DNA of 64,000 nt. It comes from Geosiphon pyriformis uo1. Lineage: Eukaryota; Fungi; Glomeromycota. The notes beneath the pieces were generated by a model. That model had not been told where the DNA came from. It saw nothing but the letters and a program-made list of their open reading frames with translations, and did no database searches. Location: positions 186,001 through 250,000 of the forward strand of contig JAAOMT010000301.1 of assembly GCA_016748015.1 (NCBI GenBank), written 5' to 3'. Both the position numbers and the translations under genes were made by a program. This document shows positions 52,864 to 64,000 of this stretch, in pieces (the stretch's first letter is position 1; the number at the start of each line of letters is the position of its first letter).

Positions 52864-53716
52864 TATTACTCATAAAAAAAGAGCACAAGAAAAAAGTAAG
52901 AAAAACAGATAATAAAAATAGGCCAATAAGAGAATAATATTTAACAATAAGCATATTATCAGAAAATCATAATACATTGTTTAGTAATAAACATATTATC
53001 AAAAAATTATAATATATTGCTTAATAATAAGCATATTGTCAGAAAAATCATAACATATTGTTCAAAAATATATAAGATTTTATATAATAAAAATTATATA
53101 TATATAATGAGAATATTAAAAACAAAAAAAACAGATTATTTTAAAACAATAATATTTCTTTTTTCAAAAGATAGTTTTCTATAACTTGAAATAGAATTAT
53201 ATTAATATCAATAAACTTATCTATTATCATCTAATCTATGTTATCATAATTTAATTAAAAAATATTAATCAATTTTATATTATTAATACTTTATGTTAAT
53301 AAAAGTCAATACTTATTATACTGAACCAATAACTCTTAATTATGATTATTAACAAGATATTAATTACTTATTTTTATTTATTTTATTTTGTTTTGTTTTC
53401 TTTGTTGTTTACTAATTGATTAAAAAAATTAAGCACTAAATAATTAATATTAAGAATAATCTAGTAAAAAACCTAAAAACAAGAGTAGAAAACTTAAAAA
53501 TAGCTTACCAGAAAAGCACAACTGTCAAAATAAACTGGCTATTATACTGAAGAAAAAAATTTACAAAAAAACCATTAATTGAATTTTTGTTTATTATATA
53601 AAAGACTCAAACTTTTAGACTCCAAAACCTTTAAAAACTACCATTATTAACAGCTATTGAGCACTAAATTATGGGTTTATTGTTTGTTTTAACACCCCAA
53701 ATAATTACTTGTAATA
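52864..53716 (+). repeat. Gypsy C 3' LTR
   Basis: Preceded by PPT aaaaaagaagataa; direct repeat of 42918-43799. Confidence 0.9.
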
Positions 53717-53720
53717 GTGA

Positions 53721-56700
53721 TATAAAATTAGTGCTAATAGTTCTTCCTCTTTTTTTTAATATTTAGACAGGATTGTTGATTTCTGGTCTGAATTTGGATT
53801 TAAACATGGTTGTAGATAATGTTTTTACATTGTTTTCTCTTCTTATATGGTCACTTTCTGAAAGTTTAACATTAAGTTCAAGTAAAGTAAAAATTTTAAC
53901 CACTAAGATGAACAGTTTGAAATTAAAATTGGTAGTTTTAAAGACTTTTATTAATTCAGTTTTAATAAAATTAGATCAATTTTATGCTGGTTTGAGTTTT
54001 TTAGCACATTTTTTATCTTAATAAGTAATTTGGTTTAGAAATTTGCTATGTACAATATTTAAGACATTAATATTTTTTTTAAGCAAAAAGATATTGTTTA
54101 TTAATATATAAATTTTAATAATATAGTTTTAATCATTACAGAAACAAAATTGAGATTTAGTATTAAATCATAAATCATAAATAAGTTTGATAAAATAAAA
54201 ATTTTTACATCTAATTTAAATAAAAATTTTCTTAATACTAAAGTGGCAATTATTATAAACAATTCTCTGGCTTAATATGTTTCAAAGATAAAAAAGTCTT
54301 TAGTTGAATTATTTAGTGTGGCTTTTATTTAAAAATAAACTGTCAATTATAATTTTGGGCTTGTATGCTGATGTTTTTGTTAAAGTTAGATTTGGTCAAA
54401 TATTAAAAATCAACTTTTTTATTGCTAAAATAGTTAACTCCAGTATTTTTGTGATCTTGGGTAAAAATTTTAATAAAAATAATTTAAAAAAAATGTAAGC
54501 CTCAAAGTTTTATTTAGATTTAAGCTTAATTAATTTATTTAATAAGCTTTTATTAGTTAAAACTTTTACTTAGAACAATTTTAGAGATGTTAAAAAAGTT
54601 ATTGATTTTATTTTTGTGATCAAAATCTGGCATTTGCAGTTACAATTTATAAGGTTAATATTATGTCTGAATTTTTTAATACAGATTATAAGATTGTCTT
54701 AGTTGTAATTAGTTTGGGTGGTTCTTGAATACTTATCTTAATAATGAGTGCAAACAGACTAATAAAAATAGATGAAAATTTAAAATTCAAAATATTGATA
54801 TTGCTAAATGATCACAGTTTAAGGAGTGTTTTTTAAAATAAATTTTTAAAAAAAATGACTGAATTCAATAATATAAAGAGTTATAGTAATTTAGATACAA
54901 TATAAAAGATTTTAAAAAAAGTGGTAGTAAATTCTGTTAATAAAATTTTTTAGATATTGGTTTAATAAGTTTGAGTATTCAAAAAACAAACAATCTTCTA
55001 AATTTTTTAAGTTAAAACTATTAATAGTTAAGATTATAAAAATTTTGAATTTGAATTGTATTTTAAAGATTAATTATTTTCTTAATGCCTAGACTGCTAT
55101 TAATAAAAAGAAACATTTAAAGTAAATGTTATAATTAATAGTAGTAAAAAGACAGAAAAAATTCTATATTACTTGTTAAATATCAAAAAAAAGTATTATA
55201 AATTTAAGTATTATAAATTCAGGATTTCCAAGAATAATTTTATTAGAAAAGCAATAGATAAGCATTGTTACCTAAATAGAAAAACCAATTCAAAGTTATA
55301 AAGAAATGTGATTAGAACATGACATAATACAGAATAGTATGCAATAATATTAAATAATGTGTTATAACTTAGAATAGCACAGAATAATGTATTATAACAT
55401 AAGATAACACAGAATAATACATAATAACATTAAATAACATATTATAATATAGAATAACTAGTAATAATGAAAAAAACAAAGCAATAACAGAAATAGCAAA
55501 GCAATAGTTAGCAATAATGAAACAATCAAAAGCAATCCTGTAAAACAAAAAGAATATATAAAAACGAGTAGTTATAAAAAGTAGAAATGAGCAGATAGAT
55601 ATGAACCACTAAACAAGAATCAATCTCTATTTTTTATTTATTCTCTTAATCACACTAAATAAACTCAAAATAAACTTATTAACAGAAATCCAAAAAGCAC
55701 AAATACATGTTCTTTGAACTTCTATGTTCCAATTGAATTAAACTTTGTTTTGTACTTTTGTTTTAGGCCCAATGCTTTTAGTATAAATGCCTTAAACCAT
55801 TAATAACTTGGACCAATTGCTCTTGATTATAGCAATTAATAATACTAATTTTTTTTTTTCTTTATTTTTTTTCTTTTTTTTGGTGGAGCAGCAACATAAA
55901 AAAATCAACTGTTTGGGAATAGATTTCATGATAGCCTGGTAAAAAAGGGAAGCTCTTCCTAGGTTTTTGGATATTAACATTATCTTAATAGCTTACCAGA
56001 AGGGCGAAAAGACAATACCAGACTCTGATAACTGTACTCATTAGCTTAAAAAAAAAAGCTCATCTTTATAAGAAGTTGCAATCAATGAAAACCAAAACTC
56101 TGTGCTTTATAACTGAAGAACTCAACAGATAAATTCACAACCAATAAATAAGACTTTTAGAGACTAATAATTAAGGCTAAGCCAGCAGAATTATACAAAA
56201 GATGCATTACTAATAATTGAGAGCACCAAACATTACCATTTTCCTATCCCACTAAGTTTACCTGTAACAGCATATAGAAAACTTTTGCTCTAATAAAAAG
56301 CATATAATTAGAAGTGTTTTGGAATGATTAGTTCGGAAAATAGTGCTTAATTATCTGATAGTAGACAGTTAACATAATTATAAAAGAATAGACAAAAAAG
56401 TATATAGTGTTTAGTGCTTTATTAAATTAATGATTTAACCAATATGTTTCTTTAAATTATGTTAATAATAATGCATTCTTGGGAGTAATATATAATATTA
56501 AGCTTGATGAATTCTTATAGATGGTTAAAAAACTGTTTAATAAAAAAGCAGCTGGTCTTTTTGATATTCCTAATAAGCTTTGAAAACATAGTAATATGCA
56601 GGTCTTAAGTAGTCTATTAGATATTTTTAATATATGTTTAGTGTCAAACACAGTTTATATACAATAAAAAAAAGCCTGAATTTTCATAATACCAAAAGCC

Positions 56701-59368
56701 ATATAATTGAAAAGAGATTTTTATTAATACTAAATTAATAGTTTTAATTAAAATGGCCTAGAAAATTTTGTCTAAGCTTTTTTTAGATAGAATTTTTTTG
56801 GTCTGTAATAAGTTTAATGTTTTGTATGGTAATAATTTTTTAGTTTTGAAAAGCACATCTACTTAAACTCCAATTTTTGCTGTTGGCTTTGTAATTGAAA
56901 ATACATTAAAAAAAAACAAAAAGCTGTAATTGGTTCTTTAAAATATGTATAAAGCATATGATTTTGTTGAGTAATATTATTTGCAAAATAGTCAGATTAA
57001 AATTAAAATATGTTTCTATTTTATTAGGTTTTTTGGAAATATACACAATAATCAGATTAATCAAATAATAACAAATTTTGGGCTTACAAATAAGTATATT
57101 GTTTATAATAGCTTAAATTAAGGTAAGATTTTTTTGTTATTGCTGTAAAAAATTTTCTATGATTTTTTGCTATATAAGATAAAAAGGCATAACTATATAT
57201 TTGGCTACAGATTGAATATGAAAGTTTTTACAAAGACTAACAAATTAGATTCCAAGAATAAAATAACCTCTTTTCTGATAGTTAAAGCTTTTGCAAATAA
57301 TATTATTTGGATTAAAATAACATAGTGGCAATTCAGTATATTTTAGATACTGTTAATAAATTCTTTTAAATTAATAACATTTTAATTAACACAGAAAAAA
57401 TAGTTGTTATATTTATTAATCAAAAAGTAAAAGTTTTATGCTTATTAATAAGCAAATCAAAAATATTTTGATGGCTAAAAAAATGTATTACTTAGATATT
57501 TGAACATTTTTTTATTTATAAATGGTCTTTTTAAACCAAATTTTATCAAAGCTTACTTAAACATTAAGTTTTTTACGAATCTGGTTTTAAAAAAAAACTG
57601 TTTTTTATAAGCAATTTCTATATCTGGTGTCTGTAGTTTTACAATTCATAATTAATTACAGAATGCAATTTAGTTATATGTTAGTGAATATGTATAAAAA
57701 ATAGGACAAAATACTAAGAAAAAAATTAAAACTTAAGACCAATTTACTTAAAAACTTTTCCAATAAAGCCATCTTTCATTTTAAGTTATATAGTTTTAAA
57801 ATATTAAAACAAATATAAACTAAAAATTTACTGACTTAATTAATAATCTATGTCAATTTAAAGAGTATTTTTGGCAAATTGTTTGAATACAGAGCTATAA
57901 ATTTACAGACTGTTAGTTGGATGCTTTGGCAACTTCTTAATTTTTCAATCATATTGTTAATTAATCTTATAAACTACTTTTTGGCAGATGTGACCAATAT
58001 TTTAGTATTATATAAGTTGTTTTTAAACAATAACATACTTAATGTTTTTTAAACTGGTAGTAATATTACTGTTGTAAATATCTTAAACTTAGAATATTAT
58101 ATGAATGTGATAAGTTTACTAAAAAAGTTTAGTATTGTTTTTATGAACCAATTTTTGGACTACTATAGTATATGTTTTACATAGAATATATTTTACAAGT
58201 AGAAAAAGCTAAATTTTAAAGATCTGGTTCCTAATTAGTTTAGTTTACTGGTTAAATTTATTAAGAATAGTAATCTAAACAACAGTAGTCTAAACAATAG
58301 TAGTACTTTGGTTTATTATCTTTTTTCTAGTAACTATTTATGCAACTTTAGCTTTGTTAATAAACATCTTGTAAAAAATAAATCTAATAATATAATTGTT
58401 TATATAAATGAATTGGTTAAGAATTTGGGGCCTGTAAATACTTATGTTAATATTGTTATTTACTTTTTAAACATTAATATAAGTATAGAAATTAAGATTT
58501 ATAGCTTGCTTTTTTTGACTTTAGTGGAATTGTAAATTATTATTTTTGTATTGAAATGTGTTTTTGTGACTAGTTTGGTAATTTTGTTTACAAATAATTA
58601 AGCATTATTGAATATATATGTTTTGATTAAAAAAAATATCAGTTTTAATTTTTGCAATAAATATTGAATAGAAAGAGAACATATTTATCAGACTATTGTA
58701 TTAAATAATCTGTTAATTGGTTGAAATAAAATCAAGAGTTATTCTGAAATTATTGGCAATAAATAAGCAAATTTTTTTGCCAATACTATCATCATATTTG
58801 ATTTTACATTGTCTGTTAGGATGCTATACTACTTTTTTGTTGTTAAAAACAAATTTGTTTTTAGTAATATCTGCCATTTTGTTAGACATTTGTTTAAGAT
58901 TATTAATTTTGTTAATTAAAAATCCAAATATGCTAATAGTACTGTAAATAAGATTTTTTGCAATCTATTTAATATGTATTGGATTTTTAGAATATGACAT
59001 CTGGATGGTTAAGTTTATTCTGGTTTTACAAGTTTTGCTTTTATAGTATTTTAGTTTTACTTTATAAAAGTTTTATACTGCTAACTGTTTATGGTCAAAA
59101 GAAAAAAATTATACAATTTAAGTTATTTTAGTGTGTTATATATATAATGTGAATTGATTAAAGACTTTAATTATATTTTTTTATGTATTCATAATAATTA
59201 TGTTAAGAAAGATCTGATTTTAAATATTATTAAAGCATAAATCAGTTTATTAGATGCCTGTATCACAAACTATAAGGTAATTTATTTCTTTTATAAAGCT
59301 GAGTTTTCTAATTATTTGTATATATTTTTAGCTAAAAGTTTTATGATAAAGAATTAGGTAGTTAATAT
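53721..59368 (+). mobile_element. LINE copy 4 continued (end of ORF1, ORF2 APE-RT-RH), interrupted by a solo LTR at 55266-56269 and cut by Gypsy D at 59369
   Basis: SSKVKILTTKMNSL (ORF1 end), ILGKNFN (decayed GGDFN); collinear with copies 1 and 2. Confidence 0.9.
55266..56269 (+). mobile_element. Solo LTR (1004 bp), divergent relative of the Gypsy A/C/D LTRs; TSD GCAT
   Basis: TGTTAC...GTAACA; GCAT at 55262-55265 and 56270-56273; shares U5 blocks gcctggtaaaa, tagcttaccagaagggc and gagcacca; has its own U3 tandem repeats. Confidence 0.92.
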
Positions 59369-62300
59369 TGTTACAGAAGATTATTTGGGATCTCAAATCA
59401 AATAACAAACCTGTAACTTGGTGCTCAATAGTTGTTATGATTGGTGGTATCTAAAGGTTTGGATGATCTGAAAATTTTTATGAAGTCTTTTGTATAATGA
59501 ACAGAAATTCAAGTATTGTTTTTATCTGTTGCTTTCCAGAATTGCAATTTCATCAAATTTCTTTCTCAGTGTAATGGCTGATAATTCTTTTAGTAAGCTA
59601 TTCTCAATCTTTGAGTGTTTTACTCTTATTCCTGGATTTTTTACCAATTACTTTGATGTCGATAACTTCATGTATTTAACTTTTAATCAATTAGTAAATA
59701 ATAATAAAACAAAAAGAAAAAAAAGAAAAAAAAAGAAATAAAGAAATAAGCCAAGGTAAGAAAGAGTTAGTATCCTGTCAATAGCTGTAATCAAGAACTA
59801 TTGTTCCAGTGTGATTAAGTATTGAATATTATCAATATGAAGTATTAATAATAAGAAAAGTAATTTAGATGAGTAATAATTATTTTATTGATATTAATAA
59901 TTCTAATTAAGATGTCTGAACAGGATGGTTTTGTTATTAATTCTAGCTAGAAATTCTGTCTTTACTGCTTTTAATGCTTTTGCTATATATACATAATTTT
60001 GAGTTCTATGAAATTACTTATATTTTTGAGCAATGTGCTATAATTTCTCAAGCAATGTGTCATGATTTTCTGACATTGCTCTATATTGCTAAGTAATGTG
60101 CTATAATTCTTGACAATATTCTATATTGCTAAGCAATATGCTTATATGTTAGTTACTATTCTCCTATTGGTCTATTTGTTTTCTTACTATTTTTTTGTAT
60201 GCTTTTTTATAAATAATATTATCTTTTCTTTTTAATATTGAGCTCTGTTAAAATTTTTATTTTGAATTAGATCCATGACTTTTTTTTCTAATATTGTTTA
60301 ATTCTACTTTTTATATTTTCGATTTGCAAGTTGTTTATTTTTCCCCATTGGTTAATGGTTATTGTTTCTATATTGAAGTGTAACAATATTTCTGGATAGT
60401 TTTGAAATATTGTGTGTAATTAATAGATTGTTCTAATATATAGTGTCAGATTTGTTTTCTTTCCAATAATGTCTTTAATATTCTGTATTATCTTTTAATT
60501 AAATATTTTTTTGGCTTTATTATAATATAACTTCTGAATATCCAATTTTTGTCCCAACTGATAATAGCAATATGATATTAGAAGTTGTTCTATCTACTGT
60601 TTCCAATTTTTTTTCAAGAGTTCTTTTGTTAGAACTATAACAAATATTTTTCCAAAAGTGTTTTTTATCTTTTTTACTATTTTATCTAACCAGTATTTTA
60701 TTTGGTTCTGTGGTTATTGATATGGTGTATTCTTTGCTTTTCTATCTTGTTTGGTATTCTGATAGCAGATTGTTTGGTAATTGATAACAATTTTTATGTT
60801 TAATTGTTATTAACTTAAGACTTAAAATAATTGTTGAACTAAGATGTAGATATAGTCTGATATTTCTATTTTTTTTTGGTTTTTTTGTTATGTATACTGT
60901 ATTCTTATATACTTTTTTGGTTGATTAATTTAATGTATTTGAATTAATGATTATAATTAGTTCCAGATCTCATAAGATCTTATTTGGTTGGACTAGTATT
61001 TATTGTATTTCTAATTGTAAAATATTACTGATAGATAATAATACTATATTGTGATATGATTTTAGTCAATCACTATGTGCTGCTTTGATTAAGTTTTATT
61101 GTTCTATCTTAATTTATAAGCTCTATTTCCTAAAAATTTTTCTATGTAAAATAATCTGTCTTATTTGGAGTCAAATTTTTCACTTTATTGTTTTTCTGCT
61201 TTGGTACAATATAAGAGTACTTTGTTTTCAATTCTGAATTCAACTGGTTTATTTGGTAATTGGTTATTATGTCTTTTTTTTTGTTTTTTTTGTGATCTTT
61301 GGATATTATTAGCTGCTTTCTATTTTTTGTTTTCTAATGTTTCCATTAGTTTATATGTTTTTCTTAGCAATGTTTTTTGGAAATTGGCTTTATTTATTGG
61401 TTCAGTTGAATATGTATTAACTTCTATTTCAACTGGTAATGTTGCTGTTCTACTATAAACAAGTTCAAATAGTGTTGCTTGTATGGTGTTTTGCTTTATT
61501 GTATAATAAGCAAATAGTACTGATGGTATAAACAAATCTTATTTGTTCTGGTTTTTTTGACTGATTTTGGCAATTGTTTCACACAATGTTTTGTTGAATT
61601 TTTCTACTAAACCATTTATTTGTGAATGATATGATGATGATAATGATCTTTTGATTCCAAATCTTTGGCTTAATTCTGTTAATATTCTATTCACAAAATG
61701 AGTTCTTTGATTTAATAACAATTTTTTTAGACATCTATATTGACAAATCAAATCTTGATAAATGAATTTGGCTACAGATCTCCATCTGTTCTTTGAATTG
61801 TTTTTGTCTCTGATTATTTGATAAGATAGTCTATGGCTATTACTATATAATGATTGCCTTTGCTGGTTATTGTTAATAGTCAGACTAAATTAATTCCAAT
61901 TTTGTCAAATAATTGTCTTATTTTAATTGGTTTTAATAGTTTACTGGATCTTGTTCCTCCTCTCTTTTAACAAGCATCAGAATTTTGAATGTATTGGATG
62001 ATGTCTGAATATATTAATAATCAATAATATCTTTTTCTGGTTCTTTTCATGATTGCTTCTTTATGAAAATGTCTTGCTGTTAGATCTAAATGTATGTTGT
62101 ATAGTATTGTTTTTTTCTCTGATTCTGTGATTACTTTGAGTGGTTAATTTGAATCTTTTCTGTTTTTCTGATATAATATATTTTGGTGGATAATAAAATA
62201 TTTGGATTGTTGTTTTATGTTGTTTTGTTTCTTTGGAGATAATTTTTTCTTGAACTGCTGGGTATTAATATAATATTGGAATTGTTGATATTTTTGTGTA

Positions 62301-64000
62301 TTTATCTTTTGTTATATTTTTGGATTAGAATGTTCTTAAATTTGTCTTATTTATAACAAACTATTGGCATTTCTATTTTTTTTTCTTTTTTAATAGTGTA
62401 CTGTATATTTAAATAGTAAAAGTTCTATTTTTTATCTAATATGATAGTCATCTCCAAATTTTTGTTTCTGAATTGATGTCAATTTTTTGTGATCAGTATA
62501 GATGTCAAATTTCTGGCTTAAGTATTTTTTCTATTTTATGACTGCCCAATAGATAGCTAAGTGTTTTAATGCTGGTGTTTCATAGTTCTTTTTAGCTGAA
62601 CTTAAACTTTGACTGACATATGCTATTGGATGTTCTCATCTATCTTGTCCTCTCTAAGATAGTACAGCTTCCAATACTTGACCAGATGCATTGGTGGTAA
62701 TAATAAATAGCTTGCTGTGATCTGAATAGATCAATACTGGTACTTGGATAAGCTTTCTTCTTAAAGTGTCAAAAGCTTTTTGTTGCACTTTATTTCATTT
62801 ATATTTCACATTCTTGGCTTAAAGCTGGTGAAGTGGTTGAGCCAGTTTGGAAAAGTTTTGGATAAAATAGCAATAATATCCAGTAAATTCCAAAAATGCT
62901 CATAGTTTCAGCACATTTATTGATATTGGAAAGTTTTTGACAATCTCAATCTTGTCTGGATCTGTTTTGATGCTGTCTTTGCCCATAACATGTCCTAGAA
63001 ATTTCAATTCTGTTTTGCCAAAAAAACACTTGGTTGTATTCAGTTTCAATTTTGCTTTTCTTAACCTCTTGAATACTTGCTAGAGATAATATAAATGATC
63101 ATCAAATATTTTTAAGAATACATTGGTGTCATCCAAATATACAATTATTAATTTCTATAACAGTCTAGTATAAACAATTTCTATAAATTATTGGAAAGTG
63201 GCTGGAGTATTGGTTAAGCCAAATAACATCACTTCAAACTCGAAATTTTTTTCTCTGATTGTAAAAGTAGTTTTTTTTTTATTTTCTAGTTTTATGGCTA
63301 CTTGCCAGTAACTATTATCTAAGTCTAATATGGAAAACTATTTTTTTTCTCCAAAAGCATTAAATAATTCTTGGATTTGTGGAATGGAGTAGCTGTTTTC
63401 ATGAGTTATACTATTGAATTTCTATAATCCACACAAAAGTGAATTTTTCTATTCTTCTTATGGACTAGTATCACTAGTGATAACCATAGATTCATTAATG
63501 GTTAAATTAACCTGTTGTCCAACATTTTGTTAATTTTTTATTGGATTATCTTATAACTTGCTAATGGTACTCTGTATGCTTTTTGCTTAATTGGCATTGC
63601 ATCTTCAGTCTTGATTTGGTGCTGAATAATGTCAGTTCAGCCAAATTTATTTTTATTAACAAAGATATCAGTAAAATTGTTAAGTAATATTTTGAGTTGT
63701 ATTTGTTAAAGTAAGTCTAAGTTTCTTAAGTTTATTTGTTTCAATTGTTCTGGTTGGAGCAAATAGCATTTTTCTTGTCCATATATTATTTGTAATATAA
63801 TATTCACATATTTACACAGTTGTGGAAAATCTGGAATGGTGTTTGGTGATTGGTTTTCAACTTTGATGTTTAAGTATCCAATAATGATTTCTTTTGATAC
63901 TTTAATAACATTTCTAGTTGTGTTGTGAATGGAAATTTTTATGTGTTTTAGGCTTTTGGCTAGTATGTAAAAATTGGTAAATTCAATCTTTTTTAATTCA
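59369..64000 (-). mobile_element. Gypsy D: minus-strand copy of the same family (3' LTR 60218-59369, PPT ~60234-60219, IN, RH, RT); continues beyond the window
   Basis: Minus-strand ICQYRCLKKLL..YHSQINGLVEKFN and MFIPSVLFAY; YLDD at ~63140-63129; LTR homologous to A and C. Confidence 0.94.

Larger units (their letters stand above)
42918..53716 (+). mobile_element. Gypsy C: full-length, strongly decayed copy of the dUTPase Gypsy family inserted in LINE 4 ORF1
   Basis: LTRs 42918-43799 and 52864-53716; decayed PBS at 43802; gag, PR (LILDSK), Cys-rich region, dUTPase, RT, RH and IN collinear with Gypsy A; flanks ATAG/GTGA. Confidence 0.93.

Noticed and set aside
56113-56140. CTGAAGA as a possible hammerhead ribozyme core in the solo LTR
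   Set aside because: No stem II plus GAAA or cleavage triplet could be built, and it is not conserved in the related LTRs.

Overview
Fungal (eukaryotic) genomic DNA with short GT-AG introns. Gene style and repeat families suggest Glomeromycotina, possibly Geosiphon-like; this is unverified. Two small islands each hold a convergent pair of host genes: RPB7(+)/PHB2(-) at 5.6-7.9 kb, and PET100(+)/TRS85(-) at 33.4-40.2 kb. PET100 is absent from the ORF track and was reconstructed from four micro-exons. The rest is nested, decayed retroelements. These include APE-RT-RNaseH LINEs (4 long copies plus one 253-bp 5'-truncated copy) and a Ty3/Gypsy family (2 full-length copies, 1 partial, 1 nearly erased 'ghost', 1 related solo LTR), plus an unrelated solo LTR. 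Three things stand out. (1) Repeat-restricted, progressive C>T/G>A hypermutation follows the nesting order and turns elements into roughly 90% AT deserts; apart from CpG it appears to prefer TC/CC rather than the CpA of classical RIP. (2) The Gypsy Pol carries a Cys-rich multi-Zn region, a dUTPase and a long unknown C-terminal integrase extension. (3) Its long U5 holds a split anti-PBS (tRNA-3'-like GAGCACCA) fold-back and a covarying hairpin with a palindromic loop.
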